A stretch of 62,973 bases of DNA, counting the filler, from Globobulimina sp. (Eukaryota), in NCBI GenBank assembly GCA_003354225.1. It is 29 parts of 29 records of this genome, joined end to end, with 100 filler letters (N's around TTAATTAATTAA, not from the genome) between each part and the next. Parts side by side here need not be neighbours in the genome. Positions count along the whole stretch, not along the records: positions 47,856 to 49,929 come from PIVH01009214.1; positions 50,030 to 52,103 come from PIVH01009215.1; positions 52,204 to 54,277 come from PIVH01009216.1; positions 54,378 to 56,451 come from PIVH01009217.1; positions 56,552 to 58,625 come from PIVH01009218.1; positions 58,726 to 60,799 come from PIVH01009219.1; 23 more parts are not named here. The stretch is one strand, 5' to 3'. Shown piece by piece: positions 49,116 to 60,799 of the stretch. The translations under genes were made by a program, and so were the position numbers. Below the pieces are notes generated by a model that made no database searches, was not told the DNA's origin, and saw only the letters and a list, made by a program, of their open reading frames with translations. The stretch's first letter is position 1. Every line of letters begins with the position of its first letter.

Positions 49116-49929
49116 ATGCACAGCAGACATCAAATTCCGTCCCATTCAAACACCTCACGTCCAACAAGTTCAATGGAATCAAGCCCTCAGCACGGAAACA
49201 ACCAAACAATCCCATCCTCCTCCCCCAATATTGTAGAATTACATCCTGCCATCCCTCGCTTATCCGACATTGATGATGAAACGGAACACGACGACCCCAC
49301 TAATCGTTACACTGTATACCAAACAAACCACCACCACCATACTCCCCATCCCAATAAAAAACACTCCGTCAAATATAAACCCACCCTCAAAAAATCTAAA
49401 TCCAAATTAAAATCAAAAACAAAATATAACACATTGACCAAACCCACCAACGTCTCCCACAAAGCTACCAATTCTTCCTCATCCTCTTCCAAATCCTCCT
49501 CCACATCAAACACCACAAACACATCCAATTCCAACTCCTCCTCCACCTCCAACGACCTCTCCACATCGCCAGACTCTCCACCAATCCATCCCAAAAAACA
49601 CAAAAAAAACACCACTCCCAACCAGTTCGAACCTGGTTACAAACGCTGGAAAGGCGCAAACTCCATCTTTTGTAACGGCCGTATCATCGCTGGACCAGAG
49701 ACCAAAAAACAAATACGCACATTGTGCATCATACTCATTCCCATCACAATCTACTTCGCCACCACGTTTGTACATATATATACATTTATACATATTCTAT
49801 ATACACACTCCTGCGAATTCCCGCTATATAACTAAATTCTACACAAATCTTTCCCATCCTGGCACTGCAACAGATGCGTCATCTTATGGACGGAATACAA
49901 CATGAAATACGCCGTCGTCATCGCGCTCC
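49116..49929 (+). CDS. DHHC palmitoyltransferase (ZDHHC9/14/18-like) N-terminus
   Basis: YKRWKGANSIFCNGRIIAGP followed by TM1. Long Ser/Thr/His-rich N-terminal extension. The DHHC motif itself lies beyond the contig. Confidence 0.7.
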
Positions 49930-50349
49930 NNNNNNNNNNNNNNNNNNNNNNNNNNNNNNNNNNNNNNNNNNNNTTAATTAATTAANNNNNNNNNNNNNNN
50001 NNNNNNNNNNNNNNNNNNNNNNNNNNNNNGGATTGGGTGCGTGCAATCCCTCCGAACGCCCAGTGCCACCGTCTTGATCATAACGGAATGCGTACGCTCA
50101 TTCCCACCGCCTTAATCATGACGTGATTCGCTCTTTCATTCCAAATACTATGCTTATTAAAAATATCTGCTCAATCCCTGGCAGACAAACAAATATAATA
50201 ACGTGTAATGTATACATTACCTGTTTTCGTTGTGCCATTGACTAAGCTAAGCGGCGATGTTGATTATGAAAATCGTTAGAGGATTATGAAAATTGTTAGT
50301 GGTTTATGAAAATTTGAGTTAGCGAAGCAGTGTAAAGTCAATGTTGGAG

Positions 50350-51619
50350 TTATAAAGTCCTAAAGTTCCCACATTTGGTGCAAAAAATTGTGATTGTTGC
50401 CGCATTGCCATCGATGCATTTAAAATTATGACCAGCACCAAAACAATCATCCGTCTTATTATCATGAATATCATCATGTTTATCATCCTCAATATCATTC
50501 TGTACTGACTGTACATAACCATTATTCTCAGTATCCTCAATCTGTGGCTGCTTATTATTATTGTTTTCAGTGTTTGCAGCAACTTCTAAAGAAGCAAAAT
50601 ACGCAGTTATAATATCAATATGACCATGTTCTGCAACACTGTTTTTAACATTATTCAACACCAATTCATCAGTTATAGTCCTACCACCACCAACAAAGCG
50701 AGTTGCAGGTGCTAAAAATGAATATTCCTACACACAAAGATATAAATATAATTATAATTATTGAATGAAGAGACATGTAACTTTTGGTGCACAACGTGTG
50801 CCTGAATTTATATTAATATGATCATTAAAAATTATACCACCAACACCTTGGGCATTCTCAAACGTAACATTTTCTGGATGAGATTCACCACGAATTACAT
50901 GGATGGCAATCATTGAATACATTACTTGATCTCGTTTGTTTGCACTCATTTCAGATAATGTCTGTTAGGAATATATTAAAAAAACAAACAACACACACAT
51001 TTATTAAGAACTTAACTCCATCTCTGAATATTTCTACCTTTGTTTTTTTAGGTATCATTATAATAATATCACTCGAAACACTTTCATCTGAACTCGAATC
51101 TGTTTTCTTTCTTTTTCTTTTCTTTTTTTTTCCACGCTTTTCGTTTTTTGATTTTTTGGAGGATGAAGGCTGTCTCCTTTTCTTTTTTTTGTGTCTTTCT
51201 CGCCCTCTCCCTTTCTTTTTCTTTCTTTGTTGTTGTGCATATTTTCTTTTTCTAATTAACTCCGATATTTCATGCTCAGCATCCCAATCCTCAGTGTCGC
51301 TATTCCGAAAATAATCAGCCAAAAATTCCGCTGTTTTCTTACCTATACCTGGTAATTTCACAGTAGTTATGATATTGTATGTGTTATCTTTGCTAAACAC
51401 GTCTTGGTGATTAGTAACAAAGTCTCTTAAACCTTGAAAATCATTAATTAATCCTTGCCCTAATTGATCACCATCTGCGAATTTAAGTTAATTGTAAAAT
51501 TTGATTACATTGCAAACAATCTGTTTTTACATACTTGCATAAACCTGAACGTAAAGATCATTAACAAATTGCACAAAGTCATTATTAAGGGGATTTACAA
51601 CCGATGCTGGTACTGCCAT
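50350..51619 (-). CDS. Multi-exon protein: N-terminal helix-hairpin-helix (PolX/Mus81-N-like), Lys-rich linker, C-terminal Cys/His Zn-ribbon-like motif
   Basis: MAVPASVVNPLNNDFVQF...KLPGIGKKTAEFLADYF. The last exon ends CFGAGHNF...FCTKCG. Confidence 0.55.
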
Positions 51620-51938
51620 TGATTCTTAAAGTGTGTATCAAAGTTGATTACTTCAAAAAACTGTCAAATTTGATTGCTTCAAAAAAACTGCGTTGCATAG
51701 TCATTTAAGTCGTAGTTGTTGCGGTGTTGTTTAAGTCGTAGATGTGTAATAAATTTAGCGAATGATTATCATAATTCGCTAAATCTATTATACACGTCAT
51801 CAGCATGTGTTTCAGCTGCATGTGGAATTCTGTACAGTACAGAATCAGATATTGAGTTGGACAGCATTTGTGGTGAGTTTATTTTCCATTTCAAACAACA
51901 GTTCAAAAAAAAACAACATTCATCAAGTAATATATGGG

Positions 51939-52036
51939 AGTACATGTAGTACATGACAGTACATGGGAGTACATGAGTACATGCGAGTACATGGTGTACA
52001 TCATGTACACCATGTACTGTCATGTACTCATGTACT
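51939..52036. repeat. Foldback array of AGTACATG / CATGTACT units
   Basis: About 6 direct units, then 3 inverted units, around a perfect 16-bp stem AGTACATGGTGTACAT-C-ATGTACACCATGTACT. Confidence 0.9.
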
Positions 52037-52203
52037 TATTATTATATAGTTAAAGTAGTGAATATATTGTTCGTTTAAATTAGGAAGGGCTGTCAAGAAG
52101 AAANNNNNNNNNNNNNNNNNNNNNNNNNNNNNNNNNNNNNNNNNNNNTTAATTAATTAANNNNNNNNNNNNNNNNNNNNNNNNNNNNNNNNNNNNNNNNN
52201 NNN

Positions 52204-52936
52204 ATCCTGATCAGTGGCACAGGTAACATGACAAAATATAACCCTGTTTTGGAACTGATTAACACAAATAAATGCATCTTGAATGAATTTGATGGCCGCC
52301 TCGTAACATTCATCATAATGCTGTTTATCGGCGGCATCGTCCCCGATAATTGGTTTATAATTTGGGCCATCCCATGGTTTGCCATCCCAACCAACTGCGC
52401 GGCTAAAACATGTACTTAAAGGTATTTGTAATGACAACTTCTCGCGAAATAAGTCATCTTTATTTAAAAATAAAATCATTTCGGATTTTCGAAACCATTT
52501 ACTATTACAGATCTCGGTAAATAACTCGACGGCTTCGTGCAATGCGTTCTTTTTCTCATCCTCAAACAAGACGGCATGATAATGATTTAATGCACATACA
52601 AATAATACGGCCGCTACATCTGCAAAATGATGGATCCATTTTTTACGTTCATTTCTTTGTCCGCCAACATCATATAATATAAACTCATTCTCTTTGATGT
52701 CGTATTTGTATTCGATCCTAATTATATAATATTATATGTGTCAGAAATATAGAAGAATAGAATATATTATTTACATTCCAGTGGTGCGGACACGGCATTT
52801 AAGCGAGTCTTCAATAGTCGGCGTATAATTCTCCATCATTATTTCCCTCACTTTACCAAAAAAATAATCCATATTATCTGGGAATGCATAGGTATTAACA
52901 CGCCGATCAAAGGTGGCACGGACTGCATCCAACGAC
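52204..52936 (-). CDS. G-protein alpha subunit, central/C-terminal part lacking the P-loop exon(s)
   Basis: YTPTIEDSLKCRVRTTG | DVGGQRNERKKWIHHF, ILFLNKDDLF, HVTCATD. Intron ~52718-52775. Confidence 0.93.
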
Positions 52937-53010
52937 CTAAATATCCACCTGCATCAGTCTTGAAAATCAAAATATTACTATGTACACAGCAGAAACTGCG
53001 CAAATTGACA

Positions 53011-54277
53011 CTAACATACCTTGTCATAGTTCATTTTCACTTCCTTGCCCACGTCTAAATATTTTACAAACTCTAAATCGCGTAGCTCTCGAGCTGCTTT
53101 CTGCTGTTTTTTAGGCTCTGTCTGTACCACCATTTGAAAATAAATTTCTTCGCGCAAAATACTGTACAATTTATGTATTCGTTTCTTTTCTTGTAAATAG
53201 TTGATGAGCATCAGCTGGATCTCGCAGATCATATTTAAGGTTAAATTAATTTGCGATTTGTAGATGACATTAATTTTAATGTCGCGATAGCCGCCGGAGG
53301 TGACCTCGGATAAGAAGCCATTTTTAATTCTGGCTAATTCTATGATAGTCTTATTCTTTGACATATGTTTCATCAAACCGTTATATCCTTTGATTAATTG
53401 GTCGACGGTGTTGAAAGTGACAGAGCATCGAACTAAATCTAATAATTTCGCGCATTTTGGATATCGCGCATTCTGGTAATCATTCTCCAATTTACTCACA
53501 CAGCGTTCCACTTTTTTCATTGGCCCACTCTGAAAGTCGCCGTACGAACTCATTACAGTTTTAATATGATTTTGAAACTCATTGTTAATGTTTTTAGCAG
53601 CGCTGGTTAGGATATTTATGGCGCAGTTCGAGTCAATGAATGTTTTCATATCTTGTAGTTTCTCGTCGGCGTCATTTTTACCTTCGAATATATCCCGAAA
53701 TCCTTTGTCTTGTAATAAACCAACCTTTGGATCATCTTGCCTCAATACTGTGTTTTTGAGCGCATATTTGTTTTTTGTTGATATTTAATTTGGATATAAT
53801 ACCGGATGTAAAATCTTTATCAGTGCTAATATTTGTTACTTGTTCCCATTTTTTGTGTGTTTGTACCAGCTCGTAAATGCCATCCATACTTTCGATAATG
53901 TCATGTGACATATTTTTAGTGATATTTAATAAATCTTGGTACATATATTTGGAATAAGCATCGTTCGGTGTTCTGAACATCCAAATGCTTGATGGGAAAA
54001 CATATTGTTTGAACCATTCAAATTGTTGGTTCAGTATCGGTGCTCCGAAAATCTTTGTGCAGGATTGTAATATTATATTTTTACATGTGTCTGGCTCGTG
54101 TTTCCATGCTATTAATAGTGTGGCATCGAGGAATGGCGAACAGCAATTAAAAGAGTCTCGGACGCTTTTCATCATTGTGTCTAACATTTCAGGTGAATTT
54201 ACTTTTAAATATACATATCGCTCGGATTGGATTTGTTGGTCCTGTTCTAACTTTCGTTTGGCGAACAACACTCTGTC
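53011..54277 (-). CDS. RelA/SpoT-like (alarmone synthetase fold) nucleotidyltransferase domain protein (intron 53748-53802)
   Basis: GPMKKVERCVSKL, LLDLVRCSV, RIKNGF, GGYRDIKINV and ICEIQL appear in the Syn1-Syn4 order. Confidence 0.8.
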
Positions 54278-54489
54278 NNNNNNNNNNNNNNNNNNNNNNN
54301 NNNNNNNNNNNNNNNNNNNNNTTAATTAATTAANNNNNNNNNNNNNNNNNNNNNNNNNNNNNNNNNNNNNNNNNNNNTGATTGAATGAAGATTTGATTTT
54401 CCGAAAGCCGAACGTTGGCACGCATATACTTTTATATTTGGATATGATGATTGTATATTGGTGGCTACATCATCATGCTAAATTACAAG

Positions 54490-54591
54490 TTATTTACAAC
54501 CTTTGAAACCTAATTTAGTTGCAATTGCTTTACCAGTTCCATCGCCTGCATCAGTGATCACAGCAAGTTGACCAGCCACAGTAAACTCAGA
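54490..54591 (-). pseudogene. Short-chain dehydrogenase N-terminal remnant
   Basis: VAGQLAVITDAGDGTGKAIATKLGFKGCK* is a degenerate TGxxxGIG Rossmann motif with an immediate stop. Confidence 0.55.
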
Positions 54592-54662
54592 CCTTATTTA
54601 AGATGGTTTTGTGAAGTAAAACTGTTTACAATTATATAAGTTTAATATATGTTTCCATCCCA

Positions 54663-55505
54663 TCAATTCCGTATAAAATTAGCTAAATCGTCATAAAACC
54701 AAGATTCTGTGGTATATCCACTTGAATAATCAATATCTGATCGCCATACATCAACACTTGGCACACCATTGTTTTTTAAATATGTTAAAAATTGATTTAA
54801 TCCCTGCGACGTCCAATTAAAATATGCCATTGTCTGCACAATTGGTGTTGTCATTGAACCAATTCCCGATCTTATTTGTTGTGCATTAAATACAGCCAAT
54901 TCGCCTTTAACCACATTCTCATCATAAGCAAGACTTGAACCATAATACGTTTCCATTGATGTATAATATTTTAAATTTGCTGGTTTATATTGATTATAAT
55001 CTTTTAAAATCCCCCATGTCGCAGTACACATAGCAACATTTAAATTATTCTGCTTTGCAATGGCTTGGAATCTTGTCAACCACGATGCATATTGCTGTGC
55101 TAATTGTTGTGAACTTGAATCTGGTTCAAAATCTACCACAAATCCATCAATATTTATTGATTTACCATAATTGCAAGCATCTTGAAATGAAGAATTTGGC
55201 GTATTAACGAGAGCTTGTTGAGTCATGGGGCCACCGCCAACAATATATAAATCTGATACGTCTGTATTTGATCTGAAATAGTTTACGTTATCAGTTACAT
55301 TTTTGCTCTTTGATGATACAAACGATCCATCACTTTGAAAATTCCATGTTCCACAACAAAAATAAAAACCAGAGAATGATCCGGGTGACGGTTTCATTAA
55401 ATTAATATTGCTCTGTAAATTAGTATTGGTGTACCAATTCACGGATGCTGGCATTGATATGTCAATGCTTAAAATCCATATGAGATAATCACAAAAGCTA
55501 AACAT
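54663..55505 (-). CDS. Secreted GH18-like TIM-barrel protein
   Basis: N-terminal hydrophobic segment, IDGFVVDFEP (DxxxxDxE-like), SMETY, and a C-terminal VDVW. Confidence 0.55.
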   Translation of the reverse strand: MFSFCDYLIWILSIDISMPASVNWYTNTNLQSNINLMKPSPGSFSGFYFCCGTWNFQSDGSFVSSKSKNVTDNVNYFRSNTDVSDLYIVGGGPMTQQALVNTPNSSFQDACNYGKSINIDGFVVDFEPDSSSQQLAQQYASWLTRFQAIAKQNNLNVAMCTATWGILKDYNQYKPANLKYYTSMETYYGSSLAYDENVVKGELAVFNAQQIRSGIGSMTTPIVQTMAYFNWTSQGLNQFLTYLKNNGVPSVDVWRSDIDYSSGYTTESWFYDDLANFIRN

Positions 55506-55604
55506 TATTGTCTAATCCTTTTTGACTATGATTAAAATCCTTATTTTAAACATTCAACGTTGAGTTTCGCAATATTGTATTTTTTATAATCATATAATTA
55601 CAAA

Positions 55605-56451
55605 TTAATTACAAACAGAAGCAAAATGTTTATTAACAATTACTTTTGTATTATAATACCCCAAAAACACTCGCTTTATTTTCGAATAACTTTTCCTTTC
55701 GATTATTTTATTAATACAATGCGGTTGGTACACACTTTTCCGATTATCATACGTTATACATTCGTTATATTGATTCGATCCAAATAAAAAATGTCTGCCA
55801 TTTCTGCTCTTACAGTAACTATGTTTTGCACCACACTCAATCTGCACAATATCAAATGATGGGAAAATCGATGGTATCAATTGAGGTATTTTAACACCGG
55901 GCGGCAATGACGTCGGTATCCTCCCACACTGTCCATATTTGGTTTGACCCCACGCATATGCGTTACCATGGAAATCAATGGCTATATTATGATTTTCTCC
56001 GCATGCAATGTCCTGAATTCGTAAATGATTTTTTTTAAAATATTGCAAACACACTGGTTTAAACACATTGAACTTATCACAACCAATATATGTACCAAGT
56101 TGCCCATACATATTATCACCACACACCCAAATCCTCCCAGTTGCCTCCAAAAACAACGAATGAGACCGACCCACACTTATTTTGACAATATTCCTACTTT
56201 CAAAAAACTTTATTTCCCTCCAAGTTGTTACAGTCGATCTAATATCAACAAGTTTGACATTTTTGACAATTTATTATATGTCCAAGTGTATATAGTGAGC
56301 GTTTACTATATAAATTGTCAAAAATTATCAAAATATACTTTATATCATGACAATGAGCACCGAATGAGCTATATCCTGTGGAAAACACATGTGTCCACTT
56401 TGTGTTGTGGTAGAATTTGATAATTAAAGTAACCACATCGTTTGGGAGATT
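55605..56451 (-). CDS. RCC1-repeat protein (intron ~56239-56339)
   Basis: ISVGRSHSLFL...VCGDNMYGQLG, IACGENHNIA...AWGQTKYGQCG, IECGAKHS. Confidence 0.9.
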
Positions 56452-56551
56452 NNNNNNNNNNNNNNNNNNNNNNNNNNNNNNNNNNNNNNNNNNNNTTAAT
56501 TAATTAANNNNNNNNNNNNNNNNNNNNNNNNNNNNNNNNNNNNNNNNNNNN

Positions 56552-57708
56552 TGATTGGTATCTGAATCATAAAAATACATTTGGTTCATCTAAATTTGTT
56601 GGAAAAAGAATTCTCGTCCCATGCCTAACGAGCATTGTTTTGTCAATTTGTGTTTGGTCATTGCATGATTTTATAGACGTCGACTATGCTGCAATGATCG
56701 ACGCCGTCTTATTTCTTATCCCATACTCTTTAGTGTTCATTCTGTCGTTAAGGTAATGTAACAAGTCTTATTTGCACAATATCTGTTGTCAATTATTTGT
56801 TTATGTTGTTAAGAACTCCATCGTTTGGTGATTTGTTGCATGTTCGGCAAGAAATTAAAAGAGTAAACCTTTGTATTTTGTTGAATTTTATCACTATGTT
56901 GCTGCTAAATGCTGCGAGTGCTGTTTTTCCAGTGTACGAAAATTACATTTCTGTGTTCATGTCGTTTTCAGCGTGTTCATGGTTATTAGTAACGATTTTA
57001 TTTCAGACTAAATGGGTTCAATTACATGTTGATGTTGGTAAATATTTAACTAAATCGATATCTGCATTGGAAAACATTGATTGTAATCTGAGTCTTTTTC
57101 AAATAATGAATAAACAAAAGAGCTTTGAAGACTTTGTTGATCATTTGAATCGTGAATATTCTGTGGAATGTATGCTTTCTTACATTGAATGTGTTCAGTT
57201 CATGCAATGTATTATGAAAAATAAAGTGATTCTGAATTATGACGACACACAACTTGAAAACAAGGATGTTATCCAACAAAATATAAACGAAGAGTTTGAA
57301 GATTTTGTACCAAAATCGTACATTATTCATGAATTTAATGAAATAAATCTGCTCAATATAAAGAAAATGGCTTATAAATTATTTGTGAAATACATTGATG
57401 AATATTCATCGTTTGAAATAAATATAAGTTACCCGCTTCGATCAAAGTTTATAAATCTTATGAGAGATGAACAAAAATGGAAGGATTATGGAGTAATTGA
57501 GATTGATGCACTTCAGAATGTATCAAATCTTTCAAATGTTGTTCAATCAAACAATTTGAATGAAAATGAGGTTTTGAATATAAATATTAATATATTATTG
57601 TTGCTGTTTAATGCCATTGTATTGGAGATGGACAAACTTTTGAATTACTCTGTAAGCAGATTTATTTCCAATATCAAAGATGAATTAGACCTTCGGACTC
57701 CGTCTTAA
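56552..57708 (+). CDS. Membrane-anchored RGS protein (TM-RGS; intron ~56753-56813)
   Basis: TM helices, then FEDFVDHLNREYSVECMLSYIE...KYIDEYSSFEINIS..LR...S..RF. Confidence 0.85.
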
Positions 57709-57793
57709 TTATGATATCAGTTGCAACCTTTAATTGTCTCGCATAAAAAGCCACGATAAATTGACATAATCAAGTGTCGAGATAAAGTTTTTG

Positions 57794-58625
57794 TTATTTA
57801 CAATTATCCAAATAAACCAAAGCAGTGTCAATTACGGAAACACTCATTTCTACCAATCCTCCATTCATTTCACCTTTCTCAAGTGCCCATGCTTCGACAT
57901 AATCGCATTGAGTATAACCATTAATCCCAATTGCTTCAAATGTTACATTCATATTCAGTGTGATCTGACCGCCACCATAAATGGTCCATAATCAATATAA
58001 AAAAATGCGACATAATAATCATTTTTACTTCCGTTGAGGCATTCCATTTGCATCATACACACCGCTTATTTCTTTATTGTGATTGGAATCAATATAAACA
58101 TCCAAACAATATTTGTTTGTAATCAAATCCAATGTAAATGCATCTCCTTCCAATTTAGTAGCATCGCCACCAAACATCAATGGCGATCTTGCAATCGACC
58201 ATAATGTGAATAAAACTCTCTGTTCATTCCGTTCCAACGATGTTTGTTTATGTGGCTGACAGTTATGCTGTCCATCCCAAACAGACGAAATATAGCATAA
58301 TGGCAACATATCTAAATCTGGGAAAGATTTGCCTCCGTTCAATCACTTCAATCCATCCTTTCCAATGTAACCATTCTCTGCAAATAAAGCAGTGGTCGCA
58401 AAATGAGATAAGACGGCATCTTGATACGTTATATCCGGCGATGATGGATCCCAAATATCCCACGTATCGTCAGTGATTCTGTAGCAATTTGTCATATTTG
58501 TCATGATCACCAATGAGGCTGCTGATACATTTGCCGAATTGCCTCCACTTAAAGAAAATGCAAAGTCATGCGCACTGTCTTCGATTCCAACATAAGCCCC
58601 AACAATGTTATCATACACCATATCT
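57794..58625 (-). pseudogene. GH27 alpha-galactosidase with an in-frame stop and two apparent frameshifts
   Basis: YRITDDTWD, FPDLDMLP, TLWSIARSPLMFGGD. TGA at 58343-58345. YYVAFF and the final beta-sandwich segment lie in different frames (~58030, ~57985). Confidence 0.75.
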
Positions 58626-58725
58626 NNNNNNNNNNNNNNNNNNNNNNNNNNNNNNNNNNNNNNNNNNNNTTAATTAATTAANNNNNNNNNNNNNNNNNNN
58701 NNNNNNNNNNNNNNNNNNNNNNNNN

Positions 58726-60157
58726 TGATATTATAAAGATACGTGATATTGACAATAAATAGTCTGATTTAGATAAATATATTCAAACTAAACAGCAATA
58801 TATCAAACATAGAGAAAAATTAAAAGATACTTATTTCAATAAATTGAAGAAATATGTAAATACAAAAGATAAATTTACTGAAAATAAAAAGTTAATTAAA
58901 ATTACAACTAAACAGCAGCATGATTTATTGTATGGTGTTTGTGATAATTATATCAATCGGCATGAAAATAGGAAAGTATTTAATGTTTGTTTGTATTGCA
59001 AACGAAGACATCATAAGAATTGTGTGCGAGTAAATGGTGCAATGTATTGGATACCAAATATTGAGGAAATATTGAAGATGGAAGAAAAAGAAAAGCAAAT
59101 TGAAAATAATAATAATAACTCATTTGAATTAGAAGAAGAACCAAAATATTTTTATGATTGTTCATGGATCGAATGTGTAAATATGAAACATATTAATTTT
59201 GAAAATATGAGCTTTAAATTGAAAGAGTATAAGATGGTGATTGGAATTGTTATTTCTTCAAAATGTCAAAGATTTGAAATTGAAGTAGATAATAATAAAA
59301 ATATGATCATTTATTATATTCCATACAAACAACATTCATCAAGAAAGGATCTGATTCGATTTATAAAAATATTAAAACCACACAATAAAATATATCCATT
59401 ATATGATAATTTCAATACAAAATGTATTCGCAGACAAGAGATTCAATTAACATGCGACAAAAAACAATTATATTCCAATCAACACAATACTATTAAATTG
59501 GAATTGGATCCATATCAAAATGACAATATATTTATGCGTACAGCTCAAAAGGTTGATATTTGCATTGAGAGAGAATTGAGACATAAAAAACTTGAATTCA
59601 ATTTACAGAGTGATTTAGAGAAATTGTTGGATTTTTATAAAATGAATAAGGAAAAAGCAGAAACAAATAAATTGGGCCATATTGTAAATCAATTAAGTAT
59701 TGGATTGAATGAAGACGATATTGGTTTAAATAAAGAACAGATTGAGAAATATTATAATAAATTAAAATATTTTACGGATAAATATGGAGATTCAAATAAA
59801 AGAAAAAGAAACTATGTAAATATGGGAAATAAAGGAGTGAAAAAAAGGAGGATTGGTGGTAATAATGAGGAATATCCAAGTTATTATTACATGAATGATA
59901 GAAGTGAATGGATTGGAGTTTTTGATAAATCTGATAATACGTCACAGTCAGAGACAAGTGAAAAATATATAAAATTAAAGAAAGAGGCAGATGGCGATAT
60001 TGATATGATTTCAATCAATTCATCACAATCTAAACTCAATAATGGAAATGAAAACAATTTGAATGATAATGCTAACATTGATGATGATGAATCATCAGAA
60101 AATGAACGCGACTCATTTCTTGAGGATGACGAAAAAGCGATGGAATTGATTGATTGA
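58726..60157 (+). CDS. SNM1/Apollo/Artemis-like DRMBL-domain protein, C-terminal part
   Basis: IYYIPYKQHSSRKDLIRFIKILKP..IYP resembles VPYSEHSS.EL..F...L.P..IIP. Confidence 0.6.
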
Positions 60158-60496
60158 TGTGCAAATTACCACTTTATCACACACTGATTTCATGCTCTTT
60201 TGTTCTTATTTTTAGTGCGCTAACGATGAGTTTTAATAGATAACCCCACCCCCCTCTGGTCGATATTGTATGTTTCGAAACTCATCGTTTACGTTCACTT
60301 GGTGAGTAAATGGGCACTTTTACTGGCATTTTTTGAATAAATCAATATGAAAAACCAAAACTAAAAAGTCTAACACTTTGAGAAAGGAAAGATAATACAA
60401 CAAAATAATAAGAAAGGTACATTAAAATCAAACAATCAAAAATTGGTAGAGATCTACAAAAAAATGTATAACAAAATAAAAATCAAATACTAAAAT

Positions 60497-60799
60497 TTAA
60501 CATTCATACATAACAAAGTACAGAGCTACTGCAATAGTGGCCGCTTGAAACACAATGGTCTCGCATACAACCGACAATATAGAGTTTCTGGTGACTTGTT
60601 TAGGATTATCTGGTGGAACGATCTTGTTTACTTGCGACCACATGATGAGAAATACAACAGCCATTGCAATTAAACCATATGGAATCCAGACATATTTACC
60701 ACATTCAATTCTTTGTAGTAGAAATCCAATTAACCCGCAAACAGACGTTACACAACCTAAGAAATGTCCAACTGACATTTTCCATGAAAGCGCATCGTC
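60497..60799 (-). CDS. Small multi-TM protein, C-terminal fragment
   Basis: Three hydrophobic segments in an open frame from the contig edge. Confidence 0.45.
   Translation of the reverse strand, partial: DDALSWKMSVGHFLGCVTSVCGLIGFLLQRIECGKYVWIPYGLIAMAVVFLIMWSQVNKIVPPDNPKQVTRNSILSVVCETIVFQAATIAVALYFVMYEC

Noticed and set aside
50262..50318. Three copies of a ~20-bp unit GATTATGAAAATYGTTAGWG
   Set aside because: Short degenerate minisatellite with no further structure.
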